Source: Balanoglossus misakiensis
Taxonomy: Eukaryota; Animalia; Hemichordata
Reading direction: 5' to 3'
Length of the DNA stretch: 64,000 bases
Assembly: GCA_040954595.2 (NCBI GenBank)
Contig: CM082578.2
Coordinates: 16,935,703 to 16,999,702 of the forward strand
Shown here: one piece after another, positions 24,501 through 36,500 of the stretch
Position numbering within the stretch: the first letter of the stretch is position 1
How the letters are laid out: the number at the start of each line of letters is the position of its first letter
Notes under the pieces: model-generated
The model's database searches: none
The model's input: only the letters and a program-made list of their open reading frames with translations
Told to the model about the DNA's origin: nothing
Program-made: the position numbers and the translations under genes

Positions 24501-27500
24501 ATCCGGCACTCACTGCATCCAGCACTTTACAACAACAACATCTGTGTAAGTAGCTGTTGCTATGCAACTGATGGTGATAGGAGAAATGTCATCTTTTGAA
24601 ACTGCTTTATCCTATGTCGTCATAGATATTGATTGAGAGAATGCATTAAAACAGAAGCCAAGCAGGCAAGTCAATAAAGTCCTACTAGTTCTCCAGCAGG
24701 AAAACTGAATGCGAAGGCAGAAGTTCTGGGAATACTATTATGATATGAGCATATTTATATCAGCTTTATTTTCTGTCAGATTATGCACACACATAATTTG
24801 ATTTCTACATGTATTCCTTCAAAAGTCAAACACTTCTTGCCATACTTGAGTGTTGCCTTCTACAAAGAACACTTATGATGGTATGTGTTTCTTTTTCAGG
24901 TATTTCAACATTGTTTTCAATTGGTGATGAGCCAATCAATGTTGTATGTTATTGTGTGCGATCTGACCGACACACAGAGCTGTGACAATGTCATCAACTT
25001 TGTCAACATCATACAAATGAAGGTAAAGATTATCACAATACAATTAGTGCTGCCAGAAAAAAAATATGTTGGAGTATCAATACTATTACCGGTACATGTA
25101 CACTTGCAACAGCTTATGAGTTGTTAACTAAACTACAATCTCCCAAACAACATTGATGGACAGTAAGACAATATTGATCTAGCTGACTTCAGTACCATGA
25201 TGCTGACCTCGCTATGACCCCAAGTATACCCCAGTTGAGCTCATTACATGTCGAATCCAACAGGCCTGTACTGCTCTGCTCGTAACCAGACATAGCCAAC
25301 CAGCACAAGTACAGCAATAAACAAGTCAAATTGATTGCTAATGATTGAAGAAGCTTGAGAATTGAACATATGTGGAGGAATTGTACGTCAGATATGATGA
25401 AGTAGCTGTGCATGACGTACTAGTAAGCCTCGCAGGCAGCAAATGCTCATTTATTGATGTGTATTTATTTTATCGCTACCCCTACAATTCTGCCTCTCAG
25501 TTATTTACAGCCTGACACAGCAGGATATGTGAATATTGTGACTCCATTGTCATCATAAAAACTGTGATTCCTGCATTTATTCTTATCAACAATTATAAGA
25601 TATCCTAATTCTCAAAGCCAGTCTATATTGTATTACTTGTACACTAGAATAGGATTTAGTTGTTCCCCATATCATTCTAGTAGTGGATAGAAAAATTGGT
25701 AGAGGTCGATATGAAAGGTTCATGGATAGTTATGTTGACAAATGAATGAAGACCAGACTTTACCCACCTACTGGCACCTCTCAAAACTTTTCTGTGGCCT
25801 CAATTTTCAATGCTTCTCTGTGCAGGCACCTGGCAGCAAACTGATAATTGTTGGGACGCGTCTTGATAAACTTCATTTGGATGAAAAGAGAAGTGCTGTG
25901 TGTGAAGGCATTCTGAAAAGGGTCAAGGAAAATGAAGATAAACAGATGAAAAACATCAATGCTGAAATCGATAGACTCAAGTAAGTGGTTGCAGTTTCTG
26001 CCACAAGAAGCAAACCTCCCACATTTGAAAAAATTTACAGCTGCCATAGAGGTGTTGCAAAAATATGAATTTTTAATCCATATAGTTTTGATTTATAATA
26101 ATACAGGGGTATTTTGTTTTGTAAGAAAGTCGACTTTTAAAATATGAATATTTTATATCAAATGAAACTGTTTGAAGATTAATTAAATGCTAGCTGTCGT
26201 TATATTTTTTACTCAGACAGCTTGGATCACTTGAAGAAAGGGGAATCAATGAAATGATATTGAAGTTACAAGTGTTACTCAAGAACAGACCCAGAATTTC
26301 CAAAACAGTTATCCCCGTCAGCTGTTTTACAGCCCAGGTACATTGCATTATTACCCACTATCTCTGCGTTCTTCCAGATCGGATACACCCATAGTATCAT
26401 GGTTCAAGTAACCTGACAATACATAAAAGCTAACTATGCCATATAACTATGAAATCTGAACACCAAAGTTATTAATTTTTCTAACATAATTAAAAGCCTC
26501 TGTAGAACTTGTCCAACAGAAGTGTGGATGACATTACTTATGAAATTGCATACTCTGAAGTTTAGTAATATTTACTTTCATTTTTAAAAATATTTACTTA
26601 CATTTATGAATACATCGACTAAATATGACGTGACAGAGAATAATGTGAAAGGAACCATACAATCATGTACCTGGAATTGGGAGTGAAATTATGCATTTCA
26701 TACTTGGTCATTTCAGCTTTTAACACGTTTTGTTTCCTTGTCACAGGGCCTGGATGATATTCGTAAAGAAATACTCCTACGAGCATTGAACACAAAGAAG
26801 TTTCCCCACCTTACAAGTTCATTTCAAGTACCAACAACAGATGTTTTCAATGATATCTTAGAGCTTCGCAAAGATGGCATGGTAGTGATGTCATGGCAAC
26901 GGTATCGAGAGCTGATGTTGAAGGATGGTAGGCTTGAGAGAGATGAGTTGCTTGAACCGGAGACAAGATTTCTCCAACAAGTGGTAAGTGATTATTACAT
27001 AAGTCAGACACTGAACATATGCAGAGCTGCGGTCTCGGCATTGCGATTATCCATTCTCGTCAAGGGACAACTACATATTTTATCAGTTTCCTTTCTTCTG
27101 TGCATCTTGTTTTACTCCTTGTGCTGTCTTTAACTGCATCTCACTACTCTACCTTTATAAATCGAACAGGGATAATCTGCAGAGCAGTAAATGATTTTGA
27201 CATAGTTAATGTTGCCTCCATAAGTGTTAGCAAAGTAAAGTTAACTAAAGTTTCACTAATTCATGCCTTGCTGCCAAATATGGAAAACTCCTGGCAAACT
27301 ATTTCTAAGCTAATTAATTAAAGCATATAAGGTATTATGCAGTAACTGGGAATCGTAAACAGGCACAACCTTTATGACATGCAAATAATATCAACATCAC
27401 TGCACTGATTTTCCAGGGTGGAATATTGAAATTCGAATTTCCGCAATCAATGAAGGACAGCCAAGACAACAACAATGCCAAAATGCCGACTGTATGTATA

Positions 27501-30500
27501 TTTCCGGAGGCGCTGGTGGGAATGCTGTGCAGTATTCACATGGATGACGACAACAAAGCATTCAAGTTTGAATCATCACGATTTTGGCCGAAGGCTTCTA
27601 TCACAAAGAAGCCCCATCCCAGTGTAGTAGTGAGAGCTCTAGAGGAAATTCCATCCCAGGGATTGATCAGGCAAAGTCTTCTACCATTACTCTGGCAGGT
27701 TAGTATAGGAATTTGTTACAACCATATTTCATCTTTTTTTTTCATTTATTAAATTCTCTGAAAAACAGCCAAAATTAACAATGTATCAATAGTGTTATAA
27801 ACTACCATATAAAGTATATGTTGGATTTTCATAATTGTAAGAAAACCATACATGAAAGGGTGGTTATACTTATAATCGCTGATATAACTAAAGTTCTAAA
27901 CTGCCCTCTATGGTCAACATGTACAATCTCATACTCATACTGCTATGTGTTGCACACACTTTCATAAACAAAGAAACAACTGGTACAATAAGTACATGTA
28001 CCTCTTTTGTGATGGTTAATTGACATCCGACAGAACATCGCACTAATCAAACATCTACAGCAATCTCTTGAAATACATATCTCTTTAATTGATATATCTC
28101 GCCCAAAAAGCATGCTAATATTTACTTTTTGACTTGTAAAATCATGCGAGAATTCACCATAATTGATTTTACAAATTGAGTTGAGATGTTTTTGAATATT
28201 TTTTAAGAACATAACTGTAGTTACAATAAATCATTCATACGTGACTGATGTAGGCATTGAAGAAGGATGAGTATCACTCTTAGATACGGTAGATATTTTG
28301 TTGTACACATGTCTGTAGATTTTATCTGTTACAGTTGTCTTACAATCAAAGAGTAAAAGCCGAATTATCAGTGGAATACATCTTTTCAAGGAACGTCTGG
28401 TTATAATGGCCACTTAATGACTATATGTTGTTTTGTCTAACAAATTGGTATTTTGTTGTTATTTCAATGGTGAAAATGAGTCAAAATTCATGTTTTCTTT
28501 ACCTAAAGTGATAGTGATTCAAAATACTAAACAATTTACTAAATTATATCATATTGACAGTGGGTGAGACTGTAGCAAACCATGAAGAAGGAGAACTTGT
28601 CACATTGGCCCTACTCCTATGTGGTTGCACTGGATAACTACATGTGTGATTGAAATATGAAATATTTATTTGACTGATTGTAATATCTTTGTTCAATTAC
28701 AGCTCTTAACTGTTTGTCTCGTTTTGTGATTAATATGTAATCTATACACGTCACACTACATCGTTCTGAGAGTTATTAGATGGTACATGCAAGGTACCTG
28801 TGTTGTATGAGCAGAGATTAATAATGTTGAAAGCTCCTTAAGAAAATAATCATGTATCTGTGATGTATGTGCGCTAGTATGACTATGTCAAATTTGTCTA
28901 ATTCCTTTGGGGTTACATTGACCGGGAATTGCTAGAAGCTCCCTTGGATTCATTTCTCGGAAATGACATGCCCAACTACTTTGAATTCCGTTTGCAGTGT
29001 CATATTGGTGTCTCTTTAGTGATGAGTTAAAATTATGGTGAAAATAGTGCATTTCTCTGGGAATTTTCTCTGATGGGAATTATAATTTAAAGTATGGTGT
29101 CCTTGACAGTTTGACACAGTTTTCTATTTTATGACTATCCATCCAACCATTCACAGTCACATAGCCCGGAAAGAGTGATATATTCCTACACAAATCTCAC
29201 GATACAAAACAGTGTATATCCTGAGTGAACAGCTTGCAGTTACATATTGATGCCACTCAGGCAGTGCAATGACAACATTAGATCTTTTAAAAGGATCACC
29301 GCACTGGCTTAAGGATCAGTGTCTTTAACGTCGTTGAAATTTGTAACATTGGCAATTGGAGCATGTGTACTCATAAATTATACATATCCCGCATACATGC
29401 ACTTAGGCATGATTTGCTAGTGAACTACCTGTTCCTGCCGAGCCCCGCCCATTACTTTTGATCAAGTGCAGCACAGCTGTCGTGGTCAGTCGCGTTTTTA
29501 CAATGCTCTGAATCGCGTGTGTGTGTCGTTTTTTCTGACTCGGCCATCCTTTTTGTTGTGGGCTCACAGAAGTACCAGTTGAACCAGGACCAAGTGACGG
29601 AACTGCTGCAGCTTTTTGAACACCTCGGTTTTCTGGTTGCCCGGAGGACAGAGAGGCCGACAGCTGACCTAGGAGAACTCTATTTACCCAAATTTCCAAA
29701 CCTATCAACGCAGAAACAGTACTATTTGCCGCTGCTGAAGTTGTTGCCTGACAGTGAACCGGTGAGGTTTATAGTTTCATTATTTTACTGTAAAGTGCAA
29801 ACCATTGACAGTATTAATGAAATTAGTGGCTAAACTCATATACATGTACATACATGTACAAGTACATGTATACGTATATGTCTCTAAAATATGAATTGCT
29901 TATAACTGTTCTTTTAATCACATTGATGAAAATATAGCAAAGACTGATTTATTTGACATACCATATGTTTGGTTCGGCAAATTCATAATGATGCGAGGTC
30001 AATCAATTGAAAGCGATGTGTTTTTCTTGTGGTTAAATTGATAAGCTTTCTGCATAACAGTTGATGTATACCTATTGAAATAGTTGTCGTATTGCAAATA
30101 TACTCAGTGTGAATGCAGAAAGCTTTGAATGGTATGTGTGTACATACCATATGAATGTACGTTACTGCCAGTGGGTATGCAAAAATAAATAATGAATAGA
30201 AGATAAAATTGACAGGTTAACATAAATACCACAATGCGATGGGTACAGAAGTACATGTATAATGAACACTTTATCACAATTTCGATAAGAGGTAGAATTT
30301 ATCTAAAGTTCTCTTCAGTATCATATTATTAATGTTTGAAATCAGTTATACTGAACAATGTATTCAAACTCTGTATGTGTATAATAAGTTGTGATTCTGA
30401 AACATTAGATAAAAAAATTGATATCATTGGTGAAAAGGTTAGAATGCATTTATTTGACAACAACTTATACACAAAGGGTTTGTCAGACAGTGACATGATG

Positions 30501-33500
30501 AAAGAAGATGGAGTGGAGCATTAGTGGGATAAGACATTCGTAATATAGGATGTTGATTCAAACTTAATAGAAATACACTTTACACTTTAGAAAGTGTGAA
30601 GAAAGTACTGTCAGTGAACTCAGGAAGATGTGACTTCCATCTGAGGCGACGTTTGTCTGAAAGTGTATGTTTTAGCTGGATTCAAATCCCAAATTGATTG
30701 AGCTGGGCGGATCAAAGTCATTTTAACCACAAGCTGTCAATGAATTCAGGTAGTCATTTACGTCTGATGTTGGAGCTTCAATACTACTCTGCCTCTTGAT
30801 GAGGCATTGATGAATTAACACGCACATAACAGTGCTGGATGCATGCAGGTATGATATATCTGACATGCTAAGTAAATTAACTACGAATGAGAATTCTCCC
30901 CATGTCCATCAAGTGGGTCAGCTAGCTCGAGCTGTCATTCACTCACCTCAAATAGTGGTTAGGTCAAAGCTATAAATCAAGGAACTCCATTAGAAAGTGA
31001 CCAATTTAACAAAACAGAGTTGTGTTCTGGTGTGCAATTTATACAGTCACTGTACTGGTATTTTGCATTTCTGATTGATTTGTGTGCAACAGTATGGGCA
31101 TGTCATCAGCTTTTCTAGAGTCTGCAGATCAGTAACCTGATTGCACCGAGGTCACATTTCTGGGATGAAATTAATAGATTTTTATTGTGAGGGTTTCTTA
31201 ATGTGTTTGCTTCCTGCATGGAACAGCATATCCATTAAGAGGTGGCAAAGTCTATTCACTTTTGCGCGACCTCAACGAAGGCACGCTCTGAATACGGGCG
31301 CTGATAGTCAAGTCTGATCTTAATCTCATGCATTTTATCATACGCAGAGTAATTTGACAACTGTTATCCGCGAGTTTTGTTCACAAACATCGCTTTCACT
31401 GAATTTTTTTTTTACCAGAAACTGAATTGGACACCCAAGCCATTCCGTGGGGACCTTCAGATTGGAGTGAGATACGAGTGTGCCAATCCCGTCTCCGATG
31501 CTCTGATTGCTCGACTGATAGCGTACTGCAGACGGCAAACTAGACAGGCAGAGAGCTATCATCATTACTGGAAGCATGGTGTACTACTCAAGATTGGGCA
31601 GGTAAAGTGTGATAATGAGAGTTTCATCAGGCTGATTTGGTTAAGTCTAACACTTCTAATGTTTCTGATAGGGAAAACCTACTTTTAAACAGAGAAATAA
31701 CCCTTTTTTATGATTCCCAGGTGCACGTGAATATAGTTGAGGAAAAGTCTGACTCGGCCCAGTCGTTGAGTTTGCAAGGCCGTGTCACAGTGGATGAAGA
31801 AGGAGAACAAGAAGCCAGCCAAGTTATCTGGGTCATTCTGTCCAGATTTCTGTGTGTTGTTGAAACTTACTTAGCCGAGTGGGAAGGATTATTCACACGG
31901 GTGAGTCTACTGAAACCTTTGTGTTTATGTTGCAATGGCAGATTTTCAGGCTTAATTAATGTTTTGCATCATAAGGGAATTTGTACATTAAATATTTGTT
32001 TATTTACTGGTTTTATTTATCTATATTTATTTATATATTTATTTATTTATATGTATTTATTTATTTTGATTTTGTTGCTTAAATATAACCAATTGGAAAA
32101 TTCCCCTTTCCATGCTTCATTGATAATTAATTTCTTATGAAGAAATTAACCTGCCCATATTCATTTGTGCTACAGGTACCGGTACATTTTAATTAAGTTG
32201 AGTGAACAGTAAACTGATTAGCTTCAGGCAGGTTTCATCAACACTGTAACAATCAAACTGTCATGCATCATTGTCCATAAACGGATGATGCAGATTCCAC
32301 ATATCACTGTGGCTTCTCTGTACTAATGAAGGCTAAGTGACATTGATGTTGTCTAAGTAACGTCAATCATGTGTGAATGCAATCAACAATAATTGCTGTC
32401 GGGTTGTCTGAAATTCACTTGTACTGTGAATATTGCTTAAAAGATAGAAATGAAAAATTCATTTGTGCCTTGGGATAAGTTTAAAGACAGGGGTCCCTTA
32501 GACTGATCTTTGCATATACATGTATAGTGTAAATCGCTTAGGGGATTCTCCGAAAATAGCTTGGCTAGATCTTAATAATTTCTTCAGTAGATCTAAAGAT
32601 TGAGATCTTTTACTCGCATGAGAAGTGATAGCAAGTTCCTACAACACTAAGTTCTTGAACCAAATATGTTAGGTCACTGTGTCCTCATTACCACAACACT
32701 GGTAAATGTATTATTCCAGCAAACATGCTAGTACAGTGTACGCAAAAAACCCCAATTAAAACCAATTGTTTTCGTTTTTCCTCATCAGGTGTACATCCAA
32801 GCGTGTCCGTACTATTTTGTGGATGAGGATGACCTTGACTCCATAGTGGAAGTGCCATTACTGGATTGTCTCCTTGCACTTGACTCTGGTCAGACTCGTC
32901 TCACAAGAAACAATGGAACTAAACAGTACGAGCTACTATTAGACCACTTATTACCCCTTACAGGTATGTTGAAATTTTTGAAGGAATTTTACTTCTTTAC
33001 AATTCATCGCCTAGATCTGATGCATGTCTAATGGCACTTATTCTTCTGTCAGATTTTCTTGTTTATACCATGCATCTTACCCAGAATGCAAAAGTCATCG
33101 AAATCCATCATAATGAGAGTTTAAGGAGAATAGATTTTGCACAGCAAGTAGCATCTTCAGATATTCTACTACAATTTGGAAAGTCATGGTTATGTCATAT
33201 GCCTACATGTATAACAGCACTGTACCATATTAAGTATTCTAACTTTGCATAAAGCATTACAAGATATTGCTTGCCAATGGTTAAATAGTCTCAAGTTGTA
33301 CATGTAATACATGTATGAATTTTGTCATTGGCAAATTTTATGAAAGTCCAGAAGCAATACTGGGAAATTTAGTTGTCCTGCTCAGTGTAAATTTACAACT
33401 CACTAGGTTGCCATTCAGTTTGTGTTTCCAGTGGACAAAGGCTGTAACTCTAGAGTGGTTGCGTGTGTATTTCTGCCCCTGGGCATATTCTCATCAATAA

Positions 33501-36500
33501 AACTATACACATCTGTCAGATTCGATCAAGATTGATTGGGGGAAGTTCCGGGTAAAAGTAATATATGGCTCAGACACAGAAAAGATTGTTGAAGATTCCC
33601 CAGATAATGAAGATTTGTATCAATGAGTGAGGTGTGTGAGAAAATGCAATACCAGCTGATGCTATTTCATCTGTGTTCAACATTTTTCGCAGCGATGTAA
33701 AATTGTCTGAGAGTGTTTTATGTCTGTAGCTAATCTGAAAACTAGCTTAAATTCCCAATTTCATATTATCTGACATGATGAATGAATGTGATTTGTATAT
33801 GTTTAGCTGCAATCAAAAAGAGTACATTATAGTCATCAGCATTTTAAAGAGAGAAGTGTGCAGAGTGTATTAGAACTTTTGTTTCTGATAATCAATATGC
33901 TATAGCTACATTTTGTGTAGGGTTTTGTTATTTAAACCTTTGGCAGTGCCCTGGGCTGATATACTCATGTACTGCATGCTTTAATTCTCATTTAACTTTA
34001 AATGAACATGTTTTATCACTTCGTAGAAAATCTTCATTGTGAGTCATGTAAATTCAGGACATTTTTCGTGGAAATATGATTAAGAAATGTTCAGAATATT
34101 ACAAGCAGCATGAACATAATTTACTTAATATTAATCACTTCATGAATATCATGACTTAGGTTTCAAACCGTTTTTCAGTATAATTGTAATGCCTGTTATT
34201 TTCCCCAGGAAAGCAAGATCCATTGGACATGCATTATCATACCGATTAGTGTACGTATTCAGTTGTATGCCAGCATGACAGTATCACCTAGTGCACTGTG
34301 GTATTTACGGAAATTGAAAATGTAGAGGATGCTTTCTCGGTGTGCGAATCCCCTGAAATCAAATAATCTTAGGTTATGCTTTGTTTTATTACTTGACATA
34401 AAATTCTCCAAGAGCCTAATATATCATCTTGTTATTGCCCAAACATGCTTGCTCCATCCATTTAATTCACTCTGAGTATTCCTCTGGCAGGATCACTACT
34501 ATACCTACAGTTTCCACAACACTGTGACTTATTGCCATAAGACTCGTGCAAAGTTCACATAAGTGAGTGTATTCTATTAATGTATCTCGGAAAATGTATT
34601 TATGGCAGTATCATGCATATCATAACACACTTGAGTACCATCTGTGTGGTTGCAGTGTTTCCATGTAAACTAATATTACACAGCGCACGCTGTAGTTTCA
34701 AATATGCCATTTCTGTTCCATGCCTGTAAATACTTATTCTTTTACCTGGGTTAATGTCAAGTGTCATGTCGACCAGACGTTGATTTACAACTTGCAAACA
34801 AAATAAATTTAGATTAAGGAATATGGATTAGAGATGGTGCCGTATTTCACATGCTGAATGTCAAAACTATAATGAAAACATTAAATTAGCAATTCTGTTT
34901 TCTTCCCTGGTGCAAAGTCAGGATATTTGCTTCATCAGAAAATAATTACTGTGTACTGTAACATTCAATTTACCGGTACATTCAGTTCTACTTTTAGTTA
35001 CTACATTATGTATCACAGCTGCTTCTGTATTTGGAGTCAGGCTGTTGATCCTCATCAGTACTTGGTTTCCATAGCAACATAGTAAAACTGTGTTGGAAGC
35101 ACTTAAAGAGATAAATGGCTTTATTTTTGTTGCCATTAAAAAATCATTGACAGAAAGAAATATTCTGCAATTATTTTGTTTTAAATTTGCATTCAAAAAT
35201 TGAAATTAAAGTGTCACACATTATGAAGTACAATATGACTTCATGAACTCTCATGGGAATCACTCAGTGATATTGTAGAACAAGATCGGAGTGTGTCACA
35301 AGAGAAAAAAGAAAAAGAACACTTTGTTGGCAACCATGCAGGGTTGTAGTACAAGACAGAACAATAGTGAGAGAACTGTTAGAACCATGGATTCCACCAC
35401 AGAATGGTTGTCATGGCAACCACTAATCCTTCCAAACAGGAGCTACAGAATACATCCAGGGAAAGTTCTAGAAACCAGTAGCCATAACAATCCACCCAGA
35501 TTTTCATTATGACATCACCAAATGATTCATTATTCATAAAAAATAGAACATTTAGAGTTTTGAAACTGCAGAATGCAGACAAGGTGAGTAGAGACTTGCT
35601 CTGTGATCAACGTTTCAATATTTTGGGTGGGTTTTCAGGAGAAAAAAATCAGTGATTATACATCCACCAAGAATATTATTTCTGGTATTGGAAAATTAAA
35701 AAAAATAGTGATTGATGTGCATGGTTAGATTGTGCTACTGAACATCTGTGCTTCAAAGGGCAAATCATGAACCCACAATAACAACTGAATATCATTGCAA
35801 TGGGTTACTGGCTCAGTTTATTATGCTGTCTTTGTCTTGCAGTGTACGCTAGTTTGATTGTGTAGTCATGTGTCGTGAAAATTTATCTTCCCCTAAGGCC
35901 TTTGTTTTCGCTCTGTTCCACTACAAAATGATGCTAAGGCAAACTTCAAAAGTAGTAATAAAGATTTCATTATTTTCTCTCTGTTTCACTCGTTATCCTT
36001 TTAAAAAACGTACTGAAAAGGGATGGCTGTAAATGGTGATTATGAGCACTCTGTGATTAAAATTATTCCCCCTTAAGTTTGTCTTGTGATATTTTCCAAC
36101 AACTCATGTACTGTATTGTGTACATGAAAATTCTATACATGTATGCAGTCACATCCAAAATTAATAGCTTCACCTTGACTTTGAGACCTTGAATTGTAAA
36201 AAAAAGCATTTTCACCAACCGTGAATTCCTAAACAATCAATGTATAACGCATGTCCATTAGGAAAACTGCATGTGAAGGGAATTGAAAAAAAAAATGCCC
36301 CGTAGTGTCCTAATTTCTGTTGTACAGCTTTGGGAGTTTTGCTGTAGGTGTGAATAATAAACACATTGTACATGCAACGAACACAGGCAACAGCTCTAAG
36401 CTGCATGTGGATCCAAAAGGTTTGTCAGTCTTGACATAGGCAATGTTTTTTTTCTTCTGCTTATGCACATGATCCTTACAGCTAAAATTACCCCATTTGT

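Noticed and set aside
33432-33535. Alternative phase-1 terminal exon for Roco (VDKGCNSRVVACVFLPLGIFSSIKLYTSVRFDQD*)
   Set aside because: The acceptor is plausible, but the peptide is short and featureless. It cannot be excluded without cDNA, so it was not called.
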